From the NCBI GenBank assembly GCA_014378105.1, contig JACMOI010000022.1, positions 792-64,791 of the forward strand: a stretch of DNA of 64,000 nucleotides, read 5' to 3'. Position 1 is the stretch's first letter, and every line of letters begins with the position of its first letter. Below, piece after piece: positions 1 through 10,502 of the stretch. Below the pieces are notes generated by a model. It made no database searches. It saw only the letters and a program-made list of their open reading frames with translations, and was not told the DNA's origin. Source of the stretch: Pseudopedobacter sp. (lineage in GTDB: Bacteria; Bacteroidota; Bacteroidia; Sphingobacteriales; Sphingobacteriaceae). The position numbers and the translations under genes were made by a program.

Positions 1-1
1 C

Positions 2-2593
2 ATTAGATTCACCAAAGGCATGCCTCAAATGCAATTACCGACTGATAAAACGTTTTGTAAAATAATTATAGACAGTCATGGTTTCGTTGAGATTGAGGAT
101 ATTTCTAAAGACAGTCGAGTTGAAAATCTATTTGCCAATCAATTTCCTTCTTTTTTGTTTTATGCAGGAATCCCTCTGATCGATAAAGACGGTGAAGTAA
201 TAGGGACACTTTGTGTAGGAAATCAAACTTCTAAACATCTTAATTCAGACCAGATTGAAGCTTTTGAAGCATTAGCTATTCAGGTTATGAGTAATTTAGA
301 ATTAAGAAGAGTTAATTTACTAGAAACAAAAAATCTAAAAAAGAGTGAAGAGTTCGTAAATCTTTTTAATTCTTCTCCTGATTTGATTCTTATGCTTGAT
401 GAAAATCAGGAAATATTAACCATAAATGATGCTGTTGAAGATATTTTTGGATATACTGAAAAAGAATTTAAAGGTTTAAATATTTCAAATTTTATCATTG
501 CTGAAGATAGAAAAGACGTTGTTAAATTGGCAACAGCTAATCTTAAGAAAAAGCTTAAAAAGCTAAATATTGAAACCAGAATCATCACAAAAAATAAATC
601 GATTAAATGGATTAGCTGGAACGCAATTACCAAAAACAGAATTTGGTTTGTTTCTGGCAGAGATATTACCAAAGAAAGAGAATCTAGGCAACAACTTCAT
701 CAATTATCAACTGTTGCAAGTAAAATTAATAATGGGGTAGTTATATCTGATCCAAATAGCAATGTGATTTGGATTAATAATGCCTTTACAAAAATCACAG
801 GTTATAAGCTAGATGATTTAGAATCTCAGAAATTAGGAGATGTTATTATTGGTGCAAATAGTAATATAGATATTATTGAAAAAGCAAGACAAGAGACTCA
901 AAATAAAAAATCGTTTTCTGTAGAGTTATTGGCTTATCGTAAGGATGGAGCACCTATTTGGTTGTCTATTTTTAATACTATTATTTTAGATAATAAAGGA
1001 GAAATAGAAAGTTTAATTGAAATCGTAATTGATATAACGGAGAGAAAGCATGCCGAAGAAAGATTAGAATTATTATCGCTTGTTGCTAGTAAAACAGAAA
1101 ATGGCGTTTCAATTAGTGATAAAACAGGTAGAGTTAAATGGATCAACAGTGCATTAGAGAAATTATTCGAATATACTTTCAAAGAGTTAGAGGGTAAAAG
1201 AATTGGCGATATTGTAAGAGGTTCTAATACGGATTTCAAAAAATTAAATGAGGCCCGAGCGGATGCTAGAAGACACCTTCCTTATGATATTGAATTAGAA
1301 GTATATAAAAAAGATGGAACTCCAGTTTGGGTTTCTGTTTCGAATACTCCAATTTATGATGATAAAGGGAATATTGAGCGAGAAGTAGAAATCATCAATG
1401 ATATTACCGAACGCAAAAAAGCAGAAGAGCAATTAATTGAATCTAAGGAGCAAGCATTGCAATTAAGCAAAGCAAAGGAAATGTTCTTATCCGTCATGAG
1501 TCATGAGATTAGAACACCTTTAAATGCGGTAATTGGGCTTACCAATATCCTTTTGGAAGAAGAAAAATTAGCACATCAGGAGCAAAATTTAGATCTTCTT
1601 AAATTTTCATCTGATAACTTACTAAGTCTAATTAATGATATTCTTGATTTTACCAAAATTGAAGTAGGTAAAATGGAATTAGAGAAAAAAGGAGTAAATA
1701 TTGGAGACTTGGTTAGAGATATTTCGGATTCTTTATCATTTAAAGTAAAAGAAAAAGGGATTGAGATAAAGCATTTTATTGACCCCGGACTACCAACTTT
1801 GGTTAGAGGAGATAAAACCAGACTTTATCAAATTTTAATCAATTTATTAAATAACGCCATAAAATTTACCGAAAAAGGTTTCGTGAAAATTTCGGTATGT
1901 CTTGTATCAGTAGAAGAAGATTTTACTACACTCCACTTTGAAATTTCTGATACTGGAATTGGTATTCCGGAAGATAAGTTTGATTACATATTTGAGTTAT
2001 TTACTCAAGCTGAATCTAACACAACGAGAAAGTATGGTGGTACAGGTTTAGGGCTTTCAATCGCCAAAAGATTGATAGAGTTATTTGACGGAGAAATAAA
2101 ACTTAACAGCAAGGTAGGCGAAGGTACTATGTTTTACTTCGATCTAAGATTTAATAATTTTAAAGACTTATCAATTGAGAAAGTTAATAGTTCAGAAAAT
2201 CAAAAAATAATGATGAATGCTAAAGTGTTAGTTGTTGATGATAATGAAATAAATAGAATTTTAGCCAATAAGATATTATCTAAATTTGGAATAGAGGTAG
2301 TATTTGCAGAGAGCGGAGAAGAAGCAATAGAAATTATCACTCAGGATAACACAATTGATTTAGTTTTGATGGATATTTATATGCCAGGAATCTCTGGTTA
2401 TGAGGCAACCAAAAGATTAAGATCAATAGATGGTGAGTACTACCAAAAACTTCCAATAATAGCTTTAACAGCATCAATACTTAATGATGATATAGAAACT
2501 ATTTATAATAGTGGAATGACGGATCACCAACTTAAACCTTATAAACCTGATGATCTTATTGCTGCCATATCTAAATACGTTAATAAGTCATAA
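2..2593 (+). CDS. Hybrid sensor histidine kinase (GAF-PAS x3-HisKA-HATPase-REC), 5'-truncated
   Basis: Frame is open from base 2 (IRFTKG before the ATG at 20), so the start probably lies outside the window. GAF FYAGIPL..IGTLCV; three PAS domains ending DITKE/DITER; H-box MSHEIRTPLN; GGTGLGL; REC VVDD..LMDIYMP. Confidence 0.93.
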   Translation: MRFTKGMPQMQLPTDKTFCKIIIDSHGFVEIEDISKDSRVENLFANQFPSFLFYAGIPLIDKDGEVIGTLCVGNQTSKHLNSDQIEAFEALAIQVMSNLELRRVNLLETKNLKKSEEFVNLFNSSPDLILMLDENQEILTINDAVEDIFGYTEKEFKGLNISNFIIAEDRKDVVKLATANLKKKLKKLNIETRIITKNKSIKWISWNAITKNRIWFVSGRDITKERESRQQLHQLSTVASKINNGVVISDPNSNVIWINNAFTKITGYKLDDLESQKLGDVIIGANSNIDIIEKARQETQNKKSFSVELLAYRKDGAPIWLSIFNTIILDNKGEIESLIEIVIDITERKHAEERLELLSLVASKTENGVSISDKTGRVKWINSALEKLFEYTFKELEGKRIGDIVRGSNTDFKKLNEARADARRHLPYDIELEVYKKDGTPVWVSVSNTPIYDDKGNIEREVEIINDITERKKAEEQLIESKEQALQLSKAKEMFLSVMSHEIRTPLNAVIGLTNILLEEEKLAHQEQNLDLLKFSSDNLLSLINDILDFTKIEVGKMELEKKGVNIGDLVRDISDSLSFKVKEKGIEIKHFIDPGLPTLVRGDKTRLYQILINLLNNAIKFTEKGFVKISVCLVSVEEDFTTLHFEISDTGIGIPEDKFDYIFELFTQAESNTTRKYGGTGLGLSIAKRLIELFDGEIKLNSKVGEGTMFYFDLRFNNFKDLSIEKVNSSENQKIMMNAKVLVVDDNEINRILANKILSKFGIEVVFAESGEEAIEIITQDNTIDLVLMDIYMPGISGYEATKRLRSIDGEYYQKLPIIALTASILNDDIETIYNSGMTDHQLKPYKPDDLIAAISKYVNKS

Positions 2594-2607
2594 ACCATTT
2601 AAAAGGA

Positions 2608-2638
2608 AAAAGCGAAATTCATTACGAATTCCGCTTTC
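2608..2638. terminator. Probable intrinsic terminator between convergent genes
   Basis: AAAGCG(A)AATTC-attac-GAATT(C)CGCTTT imperfect hairpin just after the kinase stop. Confidence 0.6.
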
Positions 2639-2735
2639 TCTAATCTAAATTAACGCTCTCGATAACTTATACTTCAGTTAGTTGAGAAATGTTTCAAAAT
2701 ATTTTATTTTTTCATAAGTTATTCGAAACAACCTA

Positions 2736-4115
2736 CTATTCAAAACAACCAAGCGTTGAGGGGAAAACCCGTGTTTTTCCGCCTAAGTCTTTAATCAAAT
2801 AATTACTGTAGTAAATATTTAAAGTTAAATTTTGGCCTTTCACAATTGCCAAACTGGTTTTTTCTAATTTGTATTCTTCTTTTCTAGAATTAATAAATAA
2901 AGGATCAGTATTAAAAAGATTACTTAGTCCCCAAGAAGACATTTGATCAGTTTTAATTAAATTATTTTGAAAGTTTAGCGAAAACTGACTATTCCCAATT
3001 TGATTTGCTTCTAATTCTCGATTTAAACTTCCGTAAATGATGTTATTTGTAAAAGTTGCATTTAAAGCTTTGTTCAAATTGCCTTTGTCTTCTAAATTAT
3101 TGCTTAAATAGACCGATGGTGATTTTCTAGGGAAGCTATAATTAAAGTTGGCGAAAGTGTTTTGATAAAATTTATAATCGCCACCATAAAGCCCAATCAA
3201 TAAAAACTGCCCACAGTTATAAATCAAATTGTTGATCCCAGTTATTGTCGCGGTATAACCCAAAACTCCAGCTACCTCATGGTTTTTAATAATACTATTT
3301 GCTAAAAGTAACTTTGGATTTGTGTTTATACTTAAAGAATCCACTCTAATTCCAACTAGTGCATTTTTAACGGTAGCGTGATTCATCAAATTATCATAAC
3401 TGGTTCTTAAAAAATGTAACCCCTGCCACTGGCCAGGCTCATCATCATAAATTCTTTCTAATCGGTCACTATTAAAAGTAACACTATCCGTTAACGTTCC
3501 ATTTGCTTTTAAACACCCCGCTATAAAAAGTTTAGCTCCTTTATGAAAATATAATCTCGCACCATGCTCGATGGTAATTGTAGATAGATTTCCAATAACT
3601 GCTTCACCAAAAAATAGATAAGGTTTGTCTTTTGTAAAAGTCCTGTTAGTTGTGAAGTAAGTATCTTTAAAATAAACAGCATTTTGACCATAAGCAATCA
3701 ATGGAATTTTTTCGCTTTTACCATTCAATGTAAAATTCAATTCATCTTCAACTAAAAAGGGGCTATTTTTATTATCAGGGTTAATGAAAGCCTTCACAAA
3801 TACATAAATTGAGTCTTTTCCTCTAATTTTTATATCGCTTAAAGTGGATGAAGAAACCCCATTGATGTTAATCTTAAAGGCAGATGAATTTCCTCCTTTA
3901 AGATTGATGCTAGAAAGAATTACGCTGTTCTTATTGCGGTTAAAAACCTTTAAAACTCGATTTGTTGAACCGCTTTTAGTAAAAACAGTGTCGAACAATA
4001 TAGAATCTGAGGAAAAATCCAATTTAGCAGAGGGATTTGTATCAATTATTTCGTCTTTACGGCAAGCAAAGATTAGAGCAAAAAGAAAGATAAATAAAAA
4101 GGTCAAATTCCTCAT
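2736..4115 (-). CDS. Hypothetical lipoprotein with Ig-like N-terminus and probable parallel beta-helix
   Basis: Lipobox LIFAC followed by RKDE; PGQWQGLHF and repeated NNLIYN/NTF/NNII strands. Confidence 0.7.
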   Translation of the reverse strand: MRNLTFLFIFLFALIFACRKDEIIDTNPSAKLDFSSDSILFDTVFTKSGSTNRVLKVFNRNKNSVILSSINLKGGNSSAFKININGVSSSTLSDIKIRGKDSIYVFVKAFINPDNKNSPFLVEDELNFTLNGKSEKIPLIAYGQNAVYFKDTYFTTNRTFTKDKPYLFFGEAVIGNLSTITIEHGARLYFHKGAKLFIAGCLKANGTLTDSVTFNSDRLERIYDDEPGQWQGLHFLRTSYDNLMNHATVKNALVGIRVDSLSINTNPKLLLANSIIKNHEVAGVLGYTATITGINNLIYNCGQFLLIGLYGGDYKFYQNTFANFNYSFPRKSPSVYLSNNLEDKGNLNKALNATFTNNIIYGSLNRELEANQIGNSQFSLNFQNNLIKTDQMSSWGLSNLFNTDPLFINSRKEEYKLEKTSLAIVKGQNLTLNIYYSNYLIKDLGGKTRVFPSTLGCFE

Positions 4116-4141
4116 TGTAGCAAATATGCTTTAAATTATTA

Positions 4142-4837
4142 TTATTGTGTAAAAGCGATGCCCACAATATTTATTTCTTTAATACCAATCTTTTGTAGCG
4201 CTATGGAACATATTTCTAAAGTAGCCCCTGTAGTAATGGTATCATCTACTAAAAGTACTTTAATTAGCAATTTTTGTGTTTCTCTAGTCTCAAAAACCGA
4301 TTCAATATTATGAAAACGATTACTTCTGCTTTGTTTAATTTGGCTTTCTGCCGATTTCAAACGGATTAAAACATCATTTATAATTGGAATATCCATTACC
4401 TCTGAAAGGCCCATAGCAAATTGTTCACTTTGGTTATAGCCTCTTTTTTTGAATTTATCAGGATGAAGCGGAACCGGGATAATAGCATCAACTTCTTTAT
4501 ACTGTTCCTGATCTTTCAATAAATTACCATACATTTTACCTAACTCGATACCAACCTGAGGCTGTTTATTGTATTTCAATTGATGCATGATATTCTGAAC
4601 TTTACCACCCTTCGAAAAATAAAGAAATGCGACTGCAGATTGAATATGAATTCGTCCCCAAAATTGTTTAGCTAAAGTATTTTCAGCATCTAAATGAAAA
4701 TCAGTGTAGGGGAATTGGAAGATGCAGGTAGTACAAAAAACAGACTCACCAATAACCAAAGAATTTCCGCAAGCCTGACAAACATCAGGAAAAAATAAGG
4801 AAGTAAAATCTTTCAAATAGGTAGTTAAAAGATTCAT
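4142..4837 (-). CDS. comF: ComF family protein (zinc ribbon plus phosphoribosyltransferase fold)
   Basis: CQAC/CTTC pairs, IPVPLH, RGYNQS, LLVDDTITTGAT. Confidence 0.9.
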   Translation of the reverse strand: MNLLTTYLKDFTSLFFPDVCQACGNSLVIGESVFCTTCIFQFPYTDFHLDAENTLAKQFWGRIHIQSAVAFLYFSKGGKVQNIMHQLKYNKQPQVGIELGKMYGNLLKDQEQYKEVDAIIPVPLHPDKFKKRGYNQSEQFAMGLSEVMDIPIINDVLIRLKSAESQIKQSRSNRFHNIESVFETRETQKLLIKVLLVDDTITTGATLEICSIALQKIGIKEINIVGIAFTQ

Positions 4838-4848
4838 TGAATAATTTA

Positions 4849-5898
4849 TTAAGTGGTTTCTTTAACTGCTAATTGCCCACAAGCGGCGTCAATATCTTTT
4901 CCTCTACTGCGTCTTATGTTGGTTGTGATGCCATGTTTCTTTAAGTAATTGGCAAATGCTTCGATTTTATCTTCGTCGGCATTTGTAAAATTAGCAAATG
5001 AAATTGGATTGTACTCAATGATATTTACTTTGCAAGGTACATGTTTACAAAATTTCGCTAATTGCATCGCATCTTCAATTCCATCATTAAAATTATCGAA
5101 AACAATGTATTCATAAGTTACTTCGTTTTTAGTTTTTGCGAAGTAGTATTTTAAAGCTTCGGCCAATGCCTTTAACGAGTTTTGCTCGTTAATGGGCATA
5201 ATCTCATTTCTCTTTTTATCATCAGCAGCATGTAATGATAAAGCCAAATTAAATTTTACGGCATCATCACCTAACTTTTTAATCATCTTGGCGATACCAG
5301 CAGTAGAAACGGTTATTCTTTTCGATGCCATATTTAGGCCGTCTCCGGACGTAATTCTATCAACAGATTTTAAAACATTACTGTAATTTAATAAAGGCTC
5401 GCCCATTCCCATATAAACGATGTTCGTTAATGGGATTCCATAATTTTCGATAGCTTGTTGATTAATTAAAACTACCTGATCATAAATTTCATCAGCATTT
5501 AGGTTACGTTTTCTTTCCATATAACCTGTTGCGCAAAATTTACAACTTAAACTACAACCCACCTGAGAAGAAACACAAGCGGTCATTCTTTCACTAGTTG
5601 GTATTAAAACGCCTTCAATTAAATGTTTGTCGTGTAAAGAAAAAGTGTTTTTAATAGTTTTATCAGCACTAAATTGTGAGCTATTGATATTTATGACATT
5701 AATAGAAAATTCTTGACTCAGTTTTTCTCTTAATTCCTTTGAAAGATTGCTCATTTCATCAAAGCTTCGAGCAGCCTTTTTCCACAACCATTCATATACT
5801 TGTTTTGCTCTAAATACTTTTTCACCCATCAGCGTAAATAAGTCTTTCAACTCATCTAATGAATAAGATCTAATATCTTTTTTCTGAATTTTTTCCAT
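4849..5898 (-). CDS. rlmN: 23S rRNA m2A2503/tRNA m2A37 methyltransferase (radical SAM)
   Basis: CVSSQVGCSLSCKFC, MGMGEPL, DIDAACGQL. Confidence 0.97.
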   Translation of the reverse strand: MEKIQKKDIRSYSLDELKDLFTLMGEKVFRAKQVYEWLWKKAARSFDEMSNLSKELREKLSQEFSINVININSSQFSADKTIKNTFSLHDKHLIEGVLIPTSERMTACVSSQVGCSLSCKFCATGYMERKRNLNADEIYDQVVLINQQAIENYGIPLTNIVYMGMGEPLLNYSNVLKSVDRITSGDGLNMASKRITVSTAGIAKMIKKLGDDAVKFNLALSLHAADDKKRNEIMPINEQNSLKALAEALKYYFAKTKNEVTYEYIVFDNFNDGIEDAMQLAKFCKHVPCKVNIIEYNPISFANFTNADEDKIEAFANYLKKHGITTNIRRSRGKDIDAACGQLAVKETT

Positions 5899-5908
5899 TT
5901 TATAGCAG

Positions 5909-5916
5909 CAAAATTA
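5909..5916 (-). promoter_or_regulatory. Bacteroidota sigma-A -7 element for rlmN
   Basis: TAATTTTG on the minus strand (TAnnTTTG consensus), 10 nt upstream of the start. Confidence 0.6.
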
Positions 5917-6127
5917 ACATTAATATAAGGAATTTGATCAGGTTCTTCAGTTTAACCAATTTTTTGACATTTTTTAAATGGATTTCTTATCAATAAATTT
6001 GTATTTTTCGATTTGAGTTATTATTATTAATTTTTTATACAGTAACTTAATACAAAGAAAACTTTTCATAAACGACAGGGTTTATGAAAGGAATTAGAAT
6101 TGAAATATTAGCGCTTCAGTAATACTT

Positions 6128-7291
6128 ATGAGAAGATTTAGTGCAGATTACATATACACATTAGACGGCGCCGCAATAGAAAACGGAATTGTTGTAACCG
6201 ATGACAATGGTAAGATTTTAGCCGTGACCGATGAAAAAGCACTATTAGATCCAAATATAGAACGTTTTGAAGGCATCATTGTTCCGGGTTTTGTGAACAC
6301 TCATTGTCATCTTGAGCTTTCTCATCTGCATAAAAAAATCACTAAAGGAAAAGGGTTAATCCCTTTTGTTAAGGAAGTCATTTCTAAGAGAGGAGAGAAA
6401 GAAGAAGTGGTGATTGAAGCCATGAAAAAAGCAGATGAAGAGATGTTAAACAATGGGATTGTTGCTGTTGGTGATATTTCAAATAAAACGATATCAGCTG
6501 AGATAAAAAATAGCAGTAAAATTAAATATCATACCTTTTTAGAGATGCTGGCTTTCGATTCTTCAAAATCTTCCGAGGCAATAGAAAATGCCGTAAATTT
6601 AAAACAAGCATTTAAAACTCCCACTTCAATTACTCCACACGCACCTTATTCTTTATCAAAAGAGTTATTGAAAGATTTAGCCAAGTATTGTAAGAGAGGC
6701 GACAATAAAATATCTATTCATAATCAAGAAAATGATGAGGAGAATAATTTATATAGGTATAAAGAAGGGCCTTTTATGGATTTTTTTAAAGATTTGAAAA
6801 TAGACACTGATAGATTCAAGGCGCAATCCAAAAACTCTATACAAACCATGATTCCCTTTTTACCTGATAATCAGAATATTTTATTGGTGCATAATACATA
6901 TACAAGTTTAAAGGACATTTACTTTACCAAACGCTTTAACCGGAAATTGCATTGGTGTTTTTGCCCAAACTCAAACCTATATATTGAGAATAGGTTTCCA
7001 ACATTTGAATTTTTTAAATACACTAATTATCCAATTACGCTAGGAACTGATAGTCTAGCGTCAAATCAAAAACTTTGTATTTTGACTGAGATGAAATTAA
7101 TTCAAAAGAATTTTGAAGATGTTTCTTTCGAGGAGTTATTGAAGTGGGCAACTATTAATGGTGCTAAATTTTTAGGCTTTCAAAATGAACTTGGATCTAT
7201 TGTAAATGGAAAAACGCCGGGTCTCAATCTTATTACTAATATAAAGTATGGTAGGCTAACGGAAAAGTCTGCCGTTAGAAAGTTAATCTAG
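6128..7291 (+). CDS. Metal-dependent amidohydrolase/deaminase (candidate aminofutalosine deaminase)
   Basis: PGFVNTHCHLELS, PHAPYS, IHNQE, LGTDSLASN motifs. Confidence 0.85.
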   Translation: MRRFSADYIYTLDGAAIENGIVVTDDNGKILAVTDEKALLDPNIERFEGIIVPGFVNTHCHLELSHLHKKITKGKGLIPFVKEVISKRGEKEEVVIEAMKKADEEMLNNGIVAVGDISNKTISAEIKNSSKIKYHTFLEMLAFDSSKSSEAIENAVNLKQAFKTPTSITPHAPYSLSKELLKDLAKYCKRGDNKISIHNQENDEENNLYRYKEGPFMDFFKDLKIDTDRFKAQSKNSIQTMIPFLPDNQNILLVHNTYTSLKDIYFTKRFNRKLHWCFCPNSNLYIENRFPTFEFFKYTNYPITLGTDSLASNQKLCILTEMKLIQKNFEDVSFEELLKWATINGAKFLGFQNELGSIVNGKTPGLNLITNIKYGRLTEKSAVRKLI

Positions 7292-7334
7292 TTTCATTTT
7301 GCGAATTGGCAAATAAGCTTCATTTTTACAACAA

Positions 7335-8279
7335 ATGAATAGAGTTTGTAATTTGTTAGGAATAAAATATCCCATTATTCAGGCAGGGATGGTTTGGTGC
7401 AGTGGTTGGGAGTTGACCTCCGCGGTTTCCAATGCTGGTGGTCTGGGTATTTTAGGGGCAGGCTCTATGTACCCTGATGTTCTCAAACATCATATTCTTC
7501 AAACTAAATTAAAGACCAATCGACCTTTTGCTGTTAACCTGCCTTTACTCTATCCGGATATTGATCAGCATATTGAAACTATCATTAAAGAAAAAGTTCC
7601 TATTGTTTTTACTTCAGCAGGTAACCCAAGTATTTGGACAGCTATTTTGAAAGCTGAAGGAATAAAAGTGGTACATGTAATTGCGAATTCTAAATTTGCT
7701 TTAAAAGCGATGGATGCAGGCGTTGATTCCATAGTAGCCGAAGGTTTTGAGGCTGGTGGGCACAATGGAAAAGAAGAAACTACTACGTTATGTTTAGTAC
7801 CCAAAATTATTGAATCGGTGAAAATTCCAGTGATTGCCGCAGGCGGAATTTCATCAGGAAAGAGTATGTTGGCTGCTTTTGCTTTGGGAGCCGAGGGCGT
7901 TCAAATAGGGAGTAGGTTTGCAGCATCAAAAGAATCATCAGCACATGATGCTTTTAAACAAAAGATTATTGATGCCAAGGAAGGCTATACCAAGCTGAGC
8001 ATGAAGAATTTAACGCCTGTTCGTCTATTAGAAAATGAATTTGCACATCAGGTTTTTGAGGCTGAGAGTAAAGGCATAGGAAAGGATGAGTTACTCGAAT
8101 TATTAGGAAAAGGAAGGGCTAAACGTGGGATGTTTGAAGGAGATTTAATAAATGGTGAGCTTGAGATTGGTCAGGTTTCTGCTAATTTCGATGAAATTTT
8201 GTCAGCTAAAGAAATTGTGGATGAAATTTGGAGAGATTTTTTATTTGAAAAGGAACAACTTAATCAACTCAAATTTTAA
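7335..8279 (+). CDS. Nitronate monooxygenase/FabK-like flavin oxidoreductase
   Basis: YPIIQAGM, EAGGH, IPVIAAGGI, GVQIGSRF. Confidence 0.88.
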   Translation: MNRVCNLLGIKYPIIQAGMVWCSGWELTSAVSNAGGLGILGAGSMYPDVLKHHILQTKLKTNRPFAVNLPLLYPDIDQHIETIIKEKVPIVFTSAGNPSIWTAILKAEGIKVVHVIANSKFALKAMDAGVDSIVAEGFEAGGHNGKEETTTLCLVPKIIESVKIPVIAAGGISSGKSMLAAFALGAEGVQIGSRFAASKESSAHDAFKQKIIDAKEGYTKLSMKNLTPVRLLENEFAHQVFEAESKGIGKDELLELLGKGRAKRGMFEGDLINGELEIGQVSANFDEILSAKEIVDEIWRDFLFEKEQLNQLKF

Positions 8280-8310
8280 GTCTGAATTTAGAAATCTACA
8301 ATCGTAAAAA

Positions 8311-8583
8311 ATGAAATCTATAAAAATAATAGTTTCTGGTAGGGTTCAAGGAGTATTCTTTAGAGCTGCAACTAAAGCAGTAGCCGACCAAATTGGAATA
8401 AAAGGAATCATCAAAAATTTACCTGATGAATCAGTATATATTGAAGCCGAAGGAGATGAAAGTTTAATGGAAGACTTTGTAGACTGGTGCAAATATGGTC
8501 CTGATAATGCCCGAGTGGATGGTATTTTGATAGAAGAAATAGAATTGAAAAACTATAGTAATTTTAATGTTTTAAAAAAGTAA
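8311..8583 (+). CDS. acyP: Acylphosphatase
   Basis: GRVQGVFFR signature, 90 aa. Confidence 0.93.
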   Translation: MKSIKIIVSGRVQGVFFRAATKAVADQIGIKGIIKNLPDESVYIEAEGDESLMEDFVDWCKYGPDNARVDGILIEEIELKNYSNFNVLKK

Positions 8584-8584
8584 T

Positions 8585-10069
8585 TTGTCAACACTCAAAA
8601 AATTTGCGGGGCAAACAGCCATTTATGGTATTAGTACGGTGGCTTCCCGTGTTTTAAATTTCTTCCTCACTCCAATTTACACCAAGGTTTATGCTACCAA
8701 AGTTTATGGTATATTCACTTATTTGTATAGTTATGCTTCCATTTTAAATGCTTTTTTAGCATTCGGGATGGAGACCACTTTTTTTAGGTATCTCAATAAA
8801 AAAGAAGGAGAGAAGGACGCTATTTACAACAACACATTTATGGTTGTGGTATTCATAAGTGTGATTTTTATAACCAGCAGCTTAATTTTCATTCACCCAA
8901 TTGCAAGCTGGATTCAAGACGGTAAAGAGACTTCTTTAGCAGATTATACTATTTATATTAAATATTTTATTTTCATTTTAGTAGTTGATGCATTGAGCGT
9001 TGTCCCCTTTGCAAAAGTAAGAGCCGAGGGAAGACCTGCCCGGTACTCTATTATTAAAATGACTAATGTTTTTACCTTTATCGGTTTAAACCTGCTTTTC
9101 ATATTTGTTATTCCGTTTATAATTGAACATCATTTAATTTTTGCCGAATCTTTAAAATCTTGGTACAGGCCCCAATGGATTGGCTACGTTTTCATTTCTA
9201 ATTTAGTAGCGAGTGGTCTCACTTTTCTGATCTTAATTCCCGAATTGCTGCAAATTAAATTCAAGCTAGATAAAAAGCTTCTGGCAGAAATGCTCAATTA
9301 CAGCTGGCCAGTTTTTGTGGCAAATCTATCCTTCATCATTAATGAAAATATGGATAAGATTTTTTTGGCCAACCTGCTCCCCCCAGAAATAAGTGAAGCA
9401 CAAACTGGAATTTATGGTGCTTGTTGTAAAATAGCCGTTTTCCTCAGTATTTTTATCATGGCATTTCGACTAGGGGCAGAACCTTTCTTCTTCAATCATG
9501 CAAAGAACGAGAATGCAAAAAAAACTTATGCCATCATCATGAATTATTTCATTTTAGCTATTGTTCTAATTTTTGTTGGCGTGGTAGCTAATATTGAATT
9601 ATTAAAGCATTTTATTGGTAAAGATTATTGGATAGGCTTAAGCGTAGTTCCCATTTTACTTTTTGGATATGTGAGTTTAGGGATTTATATGAACCTTTCC
9701 ATTTGGTATAAGTTATCAGACCAAACAAGATATGGCTTATATATTTCGGGAGTTGGAGCAATTTTAACCATTGTTTTAAACATTTTGTTCATCCCAAAAT
9801 ATGGTTATATGGCTTCGGCTTGGATATCGTTGATTGCTTATACCAGCATGATGGTTTTATCCTATATTTTAGGTCAAAAGAATTATCCGATCCCATATAA
9901 TTTAAAAGGAAATATCGTTTATTTATCACTTTCTGTAGTGTTAGTGTGGTTTTCTTTCGTTTTCTTTAAAAGAGATTTAATCATTGGAAATGCTTTGTTT
10001 ATCGCTTTTGGGCTTATTATTCTATATTTCGAGCGTCATCAAATCAAAAAATTACTATCAAGTTTATGA
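8585..10069 (+). CDS. Polysaccharide/oligosaccharide flippase (Wzx/MOP family)
   Basis: Many hydrophobic segments; TTG start; typical position upstream of dut. Confidence 0.82.
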   Translation: MSTLKKFAGQTAIYGISTVASRVLNFFLTPIYTKVYATKVYGIFTYLYSYASILNAFLAFGMETTFFRYLNKKEGEKDAIYNNTFMVVVFISVIFITSSLIFIHPIASWIQDGKETSLADYTIYIKYFIFILVVDALSVVPFAKVRAEGRPARYSIIKMTNVFTFIGLNLLFIFVIPFIIEHHLIFAESLKSWYRPQWIGYVFISNLVASGLTFLILIPELLQIKFKLDKKLLAEMLNYSWPVFVANLSFIINENMDKIFLANLLPPEISEAQTGIYGACCKIAVFLSIFIMAFRLGAEPFFFNHAKNENAKKTYAIIMNYFILAIVLIFVGVVANIELLKHFIGKDYWIGLSVVPILLFGYVSLGIYMNLSIWYKLSDQTRYGLYISGVGAILTIVLNILFIPKYGYMASAWISLIAYTSMMVLSYILGQKNYPIPYNLKGNIVYLSLSVVLVWFSFVFFKRDLIIGNALFIAFGLIILYFERHQIKKLLSSL

Positions 10070-10500
10070 AAATAAATATCATTAATCAATCTAAACATAC
10101 GCTTCCAGCTTATGAAACTAAAGCGTCGGCAGGGATGGATTTGCGAGCAAACTTAGAGGAATCAATTTTATTAAAACCTTTAGAACGAAAGCTTATTCCA
10201 ACTGGTTTATCCATTGAATTACCTTTAGGTTACGAGGCTCAAATCAGACCCAGAAGTGGTTTAGCCTATAAGTTTGGAATTAGTATAGTAAATTCACCCG
10301 GAACAATAGATGCTGATTATAGAGGAGAAATTAGGGTTTTATTGGTGAACTTATCAAATGAAGATTTCAGTATTAATGATGGCGACAGAATTGCTCAAAT
10401 GATTATTGCAAAACACGAAAAAGCAGAGTGGTTTGAAACAAACGAATTATCCGCAACCGAAAGAGGAGCTGGGGGTTATGGACATACTGGAGTGAAATAA
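10066..10500 (+). CDS. dut: dUTP diphosphatase
   Basis: [31 protein letters not shown]. Confidence 0.97.
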   Translation: MKINIINQSKHTLPAYETKASAGMDLRANLEESILLKPLERKLIPTGLSIELPLGYEAQIRPRSGLAYKFGISIVNSPGTIDADYRGEIRVLLVNLSNEDFSINDGDRIAQMIIAKHEKAEWFETNELSATERGAGGYGHTGVK

Positions 10501-10502
10501 CA

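Noticed and set aside
689-1430. LOV photoreceptor
   Set aside because: The PAS domains lack the GxNCRFLQ cysteine motif (ESQKLGDVI and EGKRIGDIV instead)
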